Shown here piece after piece: positions 16,984-26,165 of a stretch of DNA of 64,000 nucleotides. The stretch lies in NCBI GenBank assembly GCA_964541375.1, contig CAZIPT010000001.1, forward strand, positions 14,507 to 78,506. The letters run 5' to 3'. The stretch's first letter is position 1; the number at the start of each line of letters is the position of its first letter. Position numbers and translations under genes: made by a program. The notes under the pieces are model-generated. The model had not been told where the DNA came from and did no database searches. It worked only from the letters and a program-made list of their open reading frames with translations. This DNA is from an uncultured Eubacteriales bacterium. Its GTDB lineage: Bacteria > Actinomycetota > Coriobacteriia > Anaerosomatales > JAAXUF01.

Positions 16984-19728
16984 TCAGTCGTCGACGTCCT
17001 CCCCACCTTGCTCGTACTCGGCATTGGGGCCTGGAGGCGGTGGTTCGCTGTTCGCACCGTAGACCGACTTCCAGAGGATAGCGTCGATCAGCCGCTGCGG
17101 CGTAGCGTCGAGTTTATGGAGTGCCAGCTTCCTCGACACGTCGGCCCATGGCGACGCCGGCGTATTGCGATCCAGTAGATCGGCCTTGGCGGGGATGGCG
17201 TCGACAGGTTCGGAGTTGAGCGGCTCGGATGTGAAGGCGTCGTACATGGGTGTGGCGACCGCGTCGTTGATCGACAGCGGGTCCATTCCGATGATGAGCT
17301 CCATCGTCCGCAACACCGACGGCTGGTCATAGCGTGTGTTGACGACCGCTCCCTTGCGGGCGTACGGGCTCACGACCGCAACGGGGATGCGGTGAGCGTC
17401 GACGTGGTCGGCCCCGTCCTGCGAATCGTCCTCAACGATGAAGATGGCGGAGGACTCCCAGATCGGCGAGTGCGAGATCGTCTCTATGATCTGCCCGATC
17501 GCCAGATCGCTGTCGGCCACCATCGCCGTGGGCGTGGGGAAGCCAGGCTGCGTGCCGCGCGTATGGTCGCTCATCAAGACCATGTAGTTGAAAGTCGGGA
17601 CCGTGCCCGATGCCAGCTGGCTCGCAAAACGCTTGCGGAACGAGTCCACGCGGGACGTAGCGCCGGGAGGTGAGCCCGTGGGGAGACTGGAATCCCACGT
17701 CTGGCCATCCAGCGGATTCTTGGGGTCCGCGCCGATGTTCTGGCCGACGATGAAGGACGAGGAGTAGGTCCCTCCAGGGGTGAGGCCGGGGCCGAGATCG
17801 GAGTTCTTCGCCACAGCCAGCTCCATCAGGCGTAGCTCGGGCGATCGATTGCGGTCTTCGATCTGGGGCAGGTTCGCTGCGAACGCCTCACCGTAGTTGA
17901 AGTAGGAGATCTTCTGCTTCTCGGCCTGGTTGAACAGGAACATGTTGCCGGGAAAGGCCACGGCGTAGGCACCGAAGTCGTTGGGCCGCCCACGCCCGGC
18001 ATACTCGTGGACCCAGTTACGATCGACGTAGTCCGGCACGCTCGCCGAGGCGGTCCAGTAGTGCCCCTGGATAGAAGCCTCGGAGTTCGCATACGTATTG
18101 TCGAGAAGCGGGAAGCGCGTGACCAGCGAGTGGAGGTTCGGCGTGGCGTCCTTGCCGAACACCACCAGCTTGGGGTCGCTGTTGCCTCGGCCTATGTCGC
18201 CCAGAAGCTGGTCGTAGCTGCGGTTCTCTCGGACGATGAAGAAGACGTGCTTGATCGGCCCGTTCGCGCGTATGGGCGTACCAGGAGGAGCGGGCTTATT
18301 GTCGACCGGCTCGATCTGCTTCAGCGTTGCGGGTGTAACCTTCACGATCTCGGCGTCTGACGGGAGATCCATCAGCCCCGCTCGGCCCATGACCAAGGAT
18401 GGCAGGTAGGTCACGCCCGAGTCGGCGAAGACGTCAGTTGTCGGCGCAACCGGATTGAACGCCCAGAAGAGCGGATCATTTGCCTTCACGGGATTGGGGC
18501 CCGTCGTATTGAGCCCGACCCCGATCCCCCGCGCGGATACGTAGAAGAGCTGCGCCTTCTTGTCGCCTTGCGCCGGCGCGGTCAGGACCACTTGCGGGTC
18601 CTCGGCGGTGGGAATGTTGCCGACCAGCTTCCAGTCGAGCGCAGGATCGGCGGTTGTGGCGCCCGGCAACCGGACGACTGCGATGGAGTCGGTGCCCGAC
18701 TCGGCGACGAACAGTCGCGAGCCGTCGGGGCTGATCGAGAGCGCCACCGGCATCGTTCCCAGCCCCGCGCTCCGGCCGACGGAGATCGTGCGTTCGACCA
18801 CCATGTCCTTCAGATCGACGACCACGACCTGGTCCATGGCAGACATCGCGACGTAGGCGCGCTCGCCCCTGGGATCGACCGCGATACCTTGAGGATGGGA
18901 GAGCGGTGGGCCGACGGTGATGTCGCGAAGCCGCCTGCCCGCCGCCATGTCGACTACCGACAAGGTCCCTGAGGCTTCGTTGCTCACAAGGCCCACGCGA
19001 CCGTCGGGCAAGACCGCCGCACCGTACGGATAGCTCCCGATCGGCACATATTGCACCGTGTCGGAGGCGTCGAGGCTGACCACCGCGGCTGAATCGGCGA
19101 GGTTCAGCGGCACCAGAAGGTGGCTCCCATCAGGCGAAACCGCGAGCTTCTGCGGCCAGGAGCTGGTGGTGCCGGTCGGGGCGTTCGAGCGCTGTGGGGC
19201 CGGAGGGAAGGACTGCAGGGCAAGCGAACCTGCCGGCGTGGGAACGGGGATGGCTCGCACAAACGTCGCCTTCCCGGTGTCGGCCGCCCAACTATAGACA
19301 AGGACGCAGCTGCCCTCGGCGCCCGGAAGGCTCGCGAGCGACGGTTGCCAGCGCGAGAGCGTGATGCCCGAGACGTATGCCTGCCGGCGGGCCGAGTCGA
19401 GGGCTATGCCGCCTGAAGCGCCGGGCAGCTGCACGGTCTGGATGACGCTCTTGGTCGTCGTGTCCACGATGCGTATGTCGTTGTTGCCGAAGCCTGTGGA
19501 CACCGTCCAGAGAAAGCGTCCGTCGTCGGTGGCGGCGCCGCCCGTGGGGAAGTTGCCCAGCGTCACCTGGGCCCCTTGCGGATTGAGTTGCCGACCGTTG
19601 ATCAGGATGCCAGGAGTCGGCGATGGGGTCTCGGACTGTTTCGCCCCCGAAGCGCATCCCGCTAGCCCGGTGAGGGCTGCGCCCGCGAACACTACTGCTG
19701 CGACCGCCAGCGCGATTCGTCGGCGCAT
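16984..19728 (-). CDS. lipoprotein: N-terminal beta-propeller (YVTN/YncE-like) fused to phosphoesterase (PLC / acid phosphatase, PF04185-like) domain
   Basis: Start was moved to ATG 19728 (AGGGGG upstream). The lipobox signal is MRRRIALAVAAVVFAGAALTGLAGC. Propeller-like repeats are present (AYVSG, LLVPLNLADSAAVV, AYVAMSAMDQVVVVD, LFVAESGTDSIAVV). The C-terminal block IKHVFFIVRENRSYDQLLGD is typical of the phosphoesterase family. Confidence 0.75.
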   Translation of the reverse strand: MRRRIALAVAAVVFAGAALTGLAGCASGAKQSETPSPTPGILINGRQLNPQGAQVTLGNFPTGGAATDDGRFLWTVSTGFGNNDIRIVDTTTKSVIQTVQLPGASGGIALDSARRQAYVSGITLSRWQPSLASLPGAEGSCVLVYSWAADTGKATFVRAIPVPTPAGSLALQSFPPAPQRSNAPTGTTSSWPQKLAVSPDGSHLLVPLNLADSAAVVSLDASDTVQYVPIGSYPYGAAVLPDGRVGLVSNEASGTLSVVDMAAGRRLRDITVGPPLSHPQGIAVDPRGERAYVAMSAMDQVVVVDLKDMVVERTISVGRSAGLGTMPVALSISPDGSRLFVAESGTDSIAVVRLPGATTADPALDWKLVGNIPTAEDPQVVLTAPAQGDKKAQLFYVSARGIGVGLNTTGPNPVKANDPLFWAFNPVAPTTDVFADSGVTYLPSLVMGRAGLMDLPSDAEIVKVTPATLKQIEPVDNKPAPPGTPIRANGPIKHVFFIVRENRSYDQLLGDIGRGNSDPKLVVFGKDATPNLHSLVTRFPLLDNTYANSEASIQGHYWTASASVPDYVDRNWVHEYAGRGRPNDFGAYAVAFPGNMFLFNQAEKQKISYFNYGEAFAANLPQIEDRNRSPELRLMELAVAKNSDLGPGLTPGGTYSSSFIVGQNIGADPKNPLDGQTWDSSLPTGSPPGATSRVDSFRKRFASQLASGTVPTFNYMVLMSDHTRGTQPGFPTPTAMVADSDLAIGQIIETISHSPIWESSAIFIVEDDSQDGADHVDAHRIPVAVVSPYARKGAVVNTRYDQPSVLRTMELIIGMDPLSINDAVATPMYDAFTSEPLNSEPVDAIPAKADLLDRNTPASPWADVSRKLALHKLDATPQRLIDAILWKSVYGANSEPPPPGPNAEYEQGGEDVDD

Positions 19729-19744
19729 GGTCGTGCCCCCTGTC

Positions 19745-19773
19745 TTGGATGCTGATGCCTCTATGCCTATACC
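19745..19773 (+). promoter_or_regulatory. candidate sigma70-type promoter (TTGGAT-N17-TATACC)
   Basis: This is a hexamer match in the divergent intergenic region. It would give a 5' UTR of about 140 nt for the gene starting at 19919. Confidence 0.3.
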
Positions 19774-19918
19774 CGTCAACGACGTCGCGGTGGGTGGACG
19801 CCGCATCGGCACAGACGACACACGGCGCCTCGAGGCAGGAGCCCCTGACTCGCCGACGAAATCCCAGTACAGCGGCACTATCGCCCGCTGGGGTGCTACC
19901 GGGAGGACGGAAGCGGCT

Positions 19919-20815
19919 ATGGGCAAGCTCAAGGAGTTCACGACGCACCACCCGGTGGCCACCAGCATCACGCTGTGGCTGATCGCGCTTGCCGTCACCG
20001 GGGCCTGCCTGATGTGGCAGGACAAGACCGGGCCGACCTACCCTCTGCACGGAACCATCGAGACCGCGAAGGGACCCGTTGAGTTCGAGTTCCTGCGCAG
20101 CGAGAACATCGGAACGGACCTGAAGGTGCTGCTCATAAAGCCGGTGCCCCAGGGAGTCACTGCCACGGTGAAGTACCGCCGCTACACCTCGGGGGACGCG
20201 TGGAAGGAGATCCCCTTCTCGGCTGGGACGTTCGAGTTCACTCGCCGAGGTAACGTCACCAAGATCGAAGGATTCGGCGCCGAGCTTCCGTCTCTGCAGG
20301 AACGTGCCGGCAAGTACGAGTACTTCGTCAACATCGACGACGGCTCGGGCAAGCCGTTCTCGATCACCGGCGAAAAGGCGATTCTGGCCCGCTACAAGGG
20401 CGCGGTGCCGCTGTGGGTGCTGGCGATTCACATCCTGACGATCTTCGCCGCGATGCTCCTCGCAGTGCGTACGACGCTCGAAGCGATCATCGATGGCAAC
20501 TACAAGTGGATGATGTGGGCCACGATCATCTCGTTCATTCTCGGCGCGTTCGTACTGGGACCGATCGTGCAATGGTACGCGTTCCGGGTCTGGTGGTCGG
20601 GCTTCCCGCTGGGCGGCGACTGGACCGACAACAAGGTCGTCTTCGAGCTGGTGGCATGGCTTATTGCGGCTGGCTTCAACTGGGGAAAGCGCCGAAACCG
20701 GTGGCTCGTCATGGGCGCCGGGCTCGTGACGCTCGCCGTCTACTTCATCCCGCACAGCATCTTCGGCTCCGAGTACAACTACGGTAAGGGACAGAGCCGC
20801 GGCACGAGCGGCTGA
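19919..20815 (+). CDS. membrane protein of unknown function
   Basis: Start was moved to ATG 19919 (GGGAGGA upstream). The region upstream in the track ORF is antisense to the phosphoesterase gene. The protein has an N-terminal TM, a soluble domain of about 130 aa, and then 4-5 TM helices (VPLWVLAIHILTIFAAMLLAV...). Confidence 0.6.
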   Translation: MGKLKEFTTHHPVATSITLWLIALAVTGACLMWQDKTGPTYPLHGTIETAKGPVEFEFLRSENIGTDLKVLLIKPVPQGVTATVKYRRYTSGDAWKEIPFSAGTFEFTRRGNVTKIEGFGAELPSLQERAGKYEYFVNIDDGSGKPFSITGEKAILARYKGAVPLWVLAIHILTIFAAMLLAVRTTLEAIIDGNYKWMMWATIISFILGAFVLGPIVQWYAFRVWWSGFPLGGDWTDNKVVFELVAWLIAAGFNWGKRRNRWLVMGAGLVTLAVYFIPHSIFGSEYNYGKGQSRGTSG

Positions 20816-20850
20816 CCCGTAGCGGGGCGTGGTCGGCGGTTCACCGAGCC

Positions 20851-21144
20851 CTAATGCCGGGTGATGAAGGGCCAAAAGAACGCGGGATGCGACGCTGGGG
20901 TGCCGTATGGCACGAAGGCCACCCTGTCGCCGGGCATCACGACCGCGTCGAGCCCGGAGATCGTGTAGTTGTGGAAGATCCCCTCGATGCGTTCGACAGG
21001 TAGCCCGATCGAGGCGGCCAGGTCGTGCGCGGCGACGCCATCTTCAGAGACCGCGACACACATCGTCGTTGGGAGGCCATTCTCCTTACAGAACGTGTCG
21101 AGGAACGCGATTGCTCGAATGGTGACGTTGGGAGTCCCGTGCAT
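20851..21144 (-). CDS. small hypothetical protein, possibly beta-grasp (ThiS/MoaD-like) fold
   Basis: Start was set at ATG 21144 (AGGAG with 9-nt spacer). The product is MHGTPNVTIRAIAFLDTFCKENG...VVMPGDRVAFVPYG. It has no C-terminal GG, so the family call is weak. Confidence 0.4.
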   Translation of the reverse strand: MHGTPNVTIRAIAFLDTFCKENGLPTTMCVAVSEDGVAAHDLAASIGLPVERIEGIFHNYTISGLDAVVMPGDRVAFVPYGTPASHPAFFWPFITRH

Positions 21145-21261
21145 CTGAACCACTCCTGCCTGACTCATGGAAATCGCGCCGTTTCGCGCGAAGCCCATGC
21201 GACGCTACAGCCTCGGCCCGGCCAGCGCCTTGACGCGCGTCAAGTGGCGGAGTGTGCGCAA

Positions 21262-22005
21262 TCAGCTCGCGCGGCTGTCCACGTTCACGACCACGGGCGA
21301 CTTGCCCTCCCAGTCGTGCCAAGCCTTCGGGTCGGTGACCAACTCGCACATGAAATGGGCGACGTTGGCCCTGTTGGTGTTGTCGGGCTTTGCGAGGCTG
21401 CTGATGATTCCCTCGTGCAGTGTGTACTCCGAGACGTCACCCTCCAGAAGCGTGTCCGGACGAACCGTCACCCACTGGACGCACCGGTTGTCCGCACCGA
21501 TTTCGCGGCTGAGGAAGTCGGCCGCCCGCTGGTTGTCGTTGGCCGGTGGCAACACGCCGCGCACTGTCGCGAGGACCGCTCGCTCCAGGGTGCCTCGGCG
21601 AGTATCGAGGCGCTCCGGGCGATTCACCGACACACTGGTCATGAGGATGTACTTCACCGGCTCGGCGGGTTGACTCGCCTCGATTGCCCTGCAGAGCCGC
21701 GCCGTGGCCCGCGCGACAAGATCGCGTGGAGGCCCATAGATGCCCTTCAAGTCCAGAACGTGGCCGAGGCACGAGATTACGGCGTCACATCCGCACACAT
21801 GGCGCTGGAGGTCGTCGTCACTCAGGGACAGCAGATCAGCCTCGATCACACTCAGCCTCAGGTCCTGGGCGACGCCCACGGGCAGCCTGTCAGCACATCT
21901 CACGATCGCGCGGACGTTGGCGCCACGTTCGAGCAGCTGCTGCAACGCCCGGCCGCCGGTACGTCCGGTGCCGCCTACCAGTAGCACGGTGTGCTGGGGA
22001 GTCAT
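21262..22005 (-). CDS. NAD(P)H-binding atypical SDR (NmrA-like)
   Basis: The N-terminal motif is VLLVGGTGRTGGRALQQLLERG. Its ATG overlaps the upstream stop (ATGA). Confidence 0.75.
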   Translation of the reverse strand: MTPQHTVLLVGGTGRTGGRALQQLLERGANVRAIVRCADRLPVGVAQDLRLSVIEADLLSLSDDDLQRHVCGCDAVISCLGHVLDLKGIYGPPRDLVARATARLCRAIEASQPAEPVKYILMTSVSVNRPERLDTRRGTLERAVLATVRGVLPPANDNQRAADFLSREIGADNRCVQWVTVRPDTLLEGDVSEYTLHEGIISSLAKPDNTNRANVAHFMCELVTDPKAWHDWEGKSPVVVNVDSRAS

Positions 22006-22958
22006 CGGGCCACCTCCTCGGTCACAACAATGACCACGTTGCCCCTCTTGTGTCCTAACTCGACGTACCTGTGCGCCTCGACGATCTCGGCAAGCGGATA
22101 GCTCCTGTCGATGACCGCACGGATCTTGCCGAGCTCAATCAGATCCGTCAGGAACGCAAGGTCATCGGGGCTCCCTCCACCGCCGGACCCCGAGTCCCTG
22201 AGGACGTTGAGATAGGCGCCGTTGCTCTTCAGAGCCCTCTTGCCTCGCCCCGGCGCAAGCTTGCCGACCGCATCGAAGACGACGTCGAATGGCCCCTCCT
22301 CGGTGAAGTCCCTAATCGTGTAGTCGATCACGTGATCGGCGCCGAGCGACCTGACCAGCTCGAGGTTGGCCGTGCTGCACACGCCGGTGACCTCGGCGCC
22401 GAAGAACTTCGCGAGCTGAACCGCATAGGTACCCACGCTTCCTGATGCCCCGTAGACGAGGACCCCCTGGCCGGGCTTGATGCTCGCCTTCCGGAGGACC
22501 CTCAGAGCCGTGGGCGCGCCGGTGGCAACCCCGGCCGCAGCCTCCTGTAGCGTCATGTTGGCGGGTCGAATGGCCAGCATCCCGTCCTTCACCACGGACC
22601 TTCTCGGCTTCTCGGCGATGCACGCGTACTCCGCATATGCGCCGAGCCCCCATCCGGTGAACCCGAAGACCTCGTCACCTTCCTTGAACAGCGTCACGTC
22701 CTTGCCGACACCCTCGACGACTCCGGCGAGTTCCATCCCCAGAATCGGGTTCTTTGGCCGAGAGAAGCCGAGGACGAGACGGGCAGCCAACCGCTGTCCG
22801 CGCGGGACATCGAAGGCTCGGATCCGCACGTCACCCCGGTGCGCGGTGGTCGCGTGCACCTTGATCAGGACCTCGTCGTTCGCGGGGACAGGCTTCGGGA
22901 CTTCTCGAAGCTCGAGGACCTCAGGTGGGCCATATGCCGAGCAGACAACCGCTCTCAC
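22002..22958 (-). CDS. zinc-type alcohol dehydrogenase / NADPH:quinone oxidoreductase (MDR family)
   Basis: The product starts [23 protein letters not shown]. The cofactor motif [19 protein letters not shown] is present. The GTG start overlaps the XRE gene stop (GTGA). Confidence 0.85.
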   Translation of the reverse strand: MRAVVCSAYGPPEVLELREVPKPVPANDEVLIKVHATTAHRGDVRIRAFDVPRGQRLAARLVLGFSRPKNPILGMELAGVVEGVGKDVTLFKEGDEVFGFTGWGLGAYAEYACIAEKPRRSVVKDGMLAIRPANMTLQEAAAGVATGAPTALRVLRKASIKPGQGVLVYGASGSVGTYAVQLAKFFGAEVTGVCSTANLELVRSLGADHVIDYTIRDFTEEGPFDVVFDAVGKLAPGRGKRALKSNGAYLNVLRDSGSGGGGSPDDLAFLTDLIELGKIRAVIDRSYPLAEIVEAHRYVELGHKRGNVVIVVTEEVAR

Positions 22959-23179
22959 GATGCCTCCCCCGGGTACTGGAACACTTCGTCGAGCGGCACG
23001 CCGAACACGCGGGCGATCTGAAACGCCATCTCAAGCGACGGCGAGTAGCGGCCCTGCTCGATCGCGATCACCGTCTGCCGGGTGACGCCGACCCTGTCGG
23101 CCAGCTCGGCCTGGGTCATCTCGCCGTTAGCGAAGCGGAGCGCCCGGATGCTGTTGGTCACCCTCGTCGGCTTGACCAT
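22955..23179 (-). CDS. XRE-family helix-turn-helix transcriptional regulator (74 aa)
   Basis: The HTH core is [47 protein letters not shown]. Confidence 0.85.
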   Translation of the reverse strand: MVKPTRVTNSIRALRFANGEMTQAELADRVGVTRQTVIAIEQGRYSPSLEMAFQIARVFGVPLDEVFQYPGEAS

Positions 23180-23181
23180 GG

Positions 23182-23634
23182 CTAGTAGCCCCTGCGATAC
23201 GCCACGATCTTGACCGCTGCAGTGACGAGCGCGGCGATCACGAACCCCAGATAGAGCGCATTCGCTATCCAGAAGTACGGGTACTCCAGCATGGTCAGCG
23301 CCATCGCCGCGACCACGCCGACAGAAGAGACGTAGTAGCCGATGAGTTCGCCGCGGCGGCTGATCTGCTTGTCACGCTCGTCCGACCTGCCGATGTCCGC
23401 CCCTGAGCCAGGCTCTCTGATTTCGGCGGTGATTCCGCTGCCGATGCCGGTGAGAATCGAGCCGATGATCGTCAGGACGATCGATATGCCGATCGCGATG
23501 AGCATCGGCTTCTGGTAGGCGATTTCCGCGGCGGGGGTGGCGCCCAGCTGGCCGAGGACGATGGTGAAGTACGCGGCGGGGACAAGCGCGAACACCAACG
23601 CCTCCACCCAAGTGACCTTCTCATCGAATGACAT
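23182..23634 (-). CDS. membrane protein encoded immediately upstream of the XRE regulator (DUF2178-like arrangement)
   Basis: Start was set at ATG 23634 because AAGGAGG lies 6 nt upstream. The track start at 23667 falls inside the predicted 5' UTR. The protein has four predicted TM helices. Confidence 0.6.
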   Translation of the reverse strand: MSFDEKVTWVEALVFALVPAAYFTIVLGQLGATPAAEIAYQKPMLIAIGISIVLTIIGSILTGIGSGITAEIREPGSGADIGRSDERDKQISRRGELIGYYVSSVGVVAAMALTMLEYPYFWIANALYLGFVIAALVTAAVKIVAYRRGY

Positions 23635-23672
23635 GGCTGCCTCCTTGATGTCAGATATCTTTGACATACCCG

Positions 23673-23701
23673 ACTGTAAAGAGATCCAGACACTGTGTCA
23701 A
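23673..23701 (-). promoter_or_regulatory. sigma70-type promoter TTGACA-N17-TACAGT of the membrane/XRE/oxidoreductase operon
   Basis: A perfect -35 (rc of 23696-23701) and the -10 TACAGT (rc of 23673-23678) sit in the only AT-rich patch of this region. The inverted repeat GACAC-T-GTGTC (23689-23699) overlaps the -35. ATGTCA-N8-TGACAT (23648-23667) lies just downstream of the -10. Confidence 0.6.
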
Positions 23702-23829
23702 GTATTATTTACTTCTCTTGAATGAGCGAGGCACGCACAACGGCGTCTGGGTTTGTCCTCTGCCGCCGCCGGGTACCATTTCGACGCAGTTCACCCATGT
23801 GCACCCGCCCCCGAACGGAGGACGCAGAT

Positions 23830-24609
23830 ATGGACCGTTTGAAGCTCGGTGAGATCGCGTGGACCGACCTGCAAGTCACCGACATGGAGGCTCAGACCGC
23901 GTTCTACGAGAGCCTCTTCGGATGGACCCACGTCGACATGCCCACCGGAGAGGGCTTTCCGGACTACCGCATGTTCTACAAGGACGGCATCGTCGTCGCA
24001 GGCGGCAATCACATGAGCCCGGACATGAAGGCGTCCGGCGCGCCGTCATTCTGGGCTGTATACGTCGCGACACCGGATCTGGACGCGACGCTGGCCAAGG
24101 CCGAGGCCCTGGGCGGCACCATCATCATGCCGGCGATGGTCGTCCTCGAGAGCGGCCGCATGGTCGCCATCGCCGACCCCACCGGTGGCGGAGTGTTCTT
24201 CTGGCAGGCGCGCAACCACAAGGGCGCCGAGACGTTCGGCGAGCCGGGAACGATCGCCTGGGCCGACCTGAGCACCCGCGATCCACAAGCCGCAGCCGAC
24301 TTCTTCACCGAGCTGCTCGGCTGGGAGTTCACCACCGTGAGCGACCCGGGTCCGTACTGGCAGTTCAGCGTCGATGGCGAAGGTCAAGGCGGCATCATGC
24401 CGATGCCGGAGATGATGGGACCGGATGCTCGGCCTTTTTGGACGATCTACTTCGGGGCTGAGAGCATCGAGGCCGGTGTGGCCCGCGCCGAGGAGTTGGG
24501 CGCAACAACGATTGCGCCCCCGATGGGCATCGGCATGGGAATGGCGTTCGCGGTTCTCTCTGACCCCGCCGGAGCGGTGTTCTCGCTACTTGGGCCGATG
24601 GCCGGCTAA
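23830..24609 (+). CDS. VOC-family (glyoxalase/bleomycin-resistance fold) protein, two tandem domains
   Basis: Start was moved to ATG 23830 (GGAGGA upstream). The module IAWTDLQVTDMEAQTAFYESLFGW is repeated as IAWADLSTRDPQAAADFFTELLGW. Confidence 0.75.
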   Translation: MDRLKLGEIAWTDLQVTDMEAQTAFYESLFGWTHVDMPTGEGFPDYRMFYKDGIVVAGGNHMSPDMKASGAPSFWAVYVATPDLDATLAKAEALGGTIIMPAMVVLESGRMVAIADPTGGGVFFWQARNHKGAETFGEPGTIAWADLSTRDPQAAADFFTELLGWEFTTVSDPGPYWQFSVDGEGQGGIMPMPEMMGPDARPFWTIYFGAESIEAGVARAEELGATTIAPPMGIGMGMAFAVLSDPAGAVFSLLGPMAG

Positions 24610-24663
24610 GGCGCCTCGCAAGCGCGTCGACGGGCTGACCCGTCACCCCGACTAGCGGCAGCG

Positions 24664-25344
24664 CTACCGCGGCCGAGCTACAGCCGCGGCGTCGAACAGC
24701 TTGCGCGGGATGTGGCAGTAGCCGTTGGGGTTCTTGTCGAGGTAGTCCTGGTGGTACTGCTCGGCGGGCGTGTACGTGGTCAGCGGACCGGTCTCGATGA
24801 CGACCGGCTGCGAAAGCCCCGCCTGCAGCTTGGCTATCGAGGCGTCGATCACGGCCTTGTCGGCTAGGTCGGTGTAGTAGATTCCGGTGCGGTACTCGAC
24901 GCCTCTGTCGTTGCCCTGCCGGTTGACCGTCGTCGGGTCGATGGCGTCGTAGTAGAGGTCGAGCAGGAAGGGCAGTGGCGCCTGGGACGGGTCGTAGTCG
25001 ACCTTGACCACCTCGGCATAGCCGCTGCCATCTCCATAGCGCGCGTTGTCCGACCGGCCGTTGGCGTAGCCCGACTCGGCGTTGATGACTCCGTGGACAA
25101 GGCTCACGTACTTCTCGAGTCCCCAGAAGCACCCGCCCGCAAGGTATATGGTCTTCACGTTCTCGCCTCCTGTGGCTGTGGCTTCGTAGGACGCTGTCGC
25201 TTCCGCCGCTCTGCTGTCAGTACCCGAGCGCAGCTGTTCCGTCCCACCCCGAGAGCAGCCGATGAGCGTCAATGACACTGCGATCGCCAGAACCAGCACC
25301 AGGGCAGGCCCCAAGTGCGCCCGGAAGGCTCGAATCCCAGTCAC
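24664..25344 (-). CDS. msrA: peptide-methionine (S)-S-oxide reductase MsrA with lipoprotein signal peptide
   Basis: Start was set at GTG 25344 (GAGAGGAG with 7-nt spacer). The signal is (M)TGIRAFRAHLGPALVLVLAIAVSLTLIGC, with a lipobox. The catalytic block is YLAGGCFWGLEKY, followed by RQGNDRGVEYRTGIYY. Confidence 0.85.
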   Translation of the reverse strand: MTGIRAFRAHLGPALVLVLAIAVSLTLIGCSRGGTEQLRSGTDSRAAEATASYEATATGGENVKTIYLAGGCFWGLEKYVSLVHGVINAESGYANGRSDNARYGDGSGYAEVVKVDYDPSQAPLPFLLDLYYDAIDPTTVNRQGNDRGVEYRTGIYYTDLADKAVIDASIAKLQAGLSQPVVIETGPLTTYTPAEQYHQDYLDKNPNGYCHIPRKLFDAAAVARPR

Positions 25345-25409
25345 CGGTGAACTCCTCTCGCGACGATGCTTGTGGGCAGAGCAAGCGGCGTGCAACAGCT
25401 GCCATCCAC

Positions 25410-25964
25410 TCAGCTCGCTGGACTATCAGCACGTCGGAGCATGAACAAGGCGACAAAGAAGACGCCGATGCCGAATACCGGCCCGAGCGGAAGCAGAACC
25501 ATGACCGCCGAGAGACCCATCGCCACCGATATCCGCATCGCACGGCTCTTGAGCACGTACAGTCCGACCGGCAGCAAGGTCAGTGTGGTGGCTACGCCGC
25601 CGAGAAGCGCCCAGACCAGTGTGCTGACAGCGGTTGTCTCGAATCCCTTGGCGAAGACGTGCGCGCCCAGCGCAACAACGTAGGCGACGACTCCGGAGAA
25701 GAAGGCGACCGCCCCCAGTCCAGCCACGTTGCGATCAGGTCCGCGCCGCCATAGCAGCAGCAATCCTCCTGCGAGGAACGGAAGCAGCACCGGTCCGATC
25801 ATCAGGGGACCGCTTCCGACCCAGTCGATCAAGGCCAGCCGCCCCGCCGAGATTACGATCAGCGCCGCAAGGGCGATTGCGACGATCCACGCCGAAGGGA
25901 TTCGCCGGAACCATCTCTCGCGGGTCGCTCGTTGCGCGACCTCATCCGGAACCTGCGAGGTCAT
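25410..25964 (-). CDS. polytopic membrane protein, function unknown
   Basis: Start was moved to ATG 25964, which overlaps the TGA of an upstream small ORF (ATGA). The protein has about six hydrophobic helices and no Cys. Confidence 0.55.
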   Translation of the reverse strand: MTSQVPDEVAQRATRERWFRRIPSAWIVAIALAALIVISAGRLALIDWVGSGPLMIGPVLLPFLAGGLLLLWRRGPDRNVAGLGAVAFFSGVVAYVVALGAHVFAKGFETTAVSTLVWALLGGVATTLTLLPVGLYVLKSRAMRISVAMGLSAVMVLLPLGPVFGIGVFFVALFMLRRADSPAS

Positions 25965-26165
25965 TGTGCGACCCCGCCGAGCGGTTCTCCGCATCGCGAG
26001 CACCTGGCATTCTCGGCATCCGCGCAATCGCCGAGCACGTATAGGCGACCCCCGTAGGTTGCCGCCAGATTGTGAAGCCCGATGCGCCGTGTGGCGATCA
26101 TACCCGCGGTCATCAGCACACGACGATCAGCGCCAGCATCACGCTTCCCACCTCCCGCGATTCCC

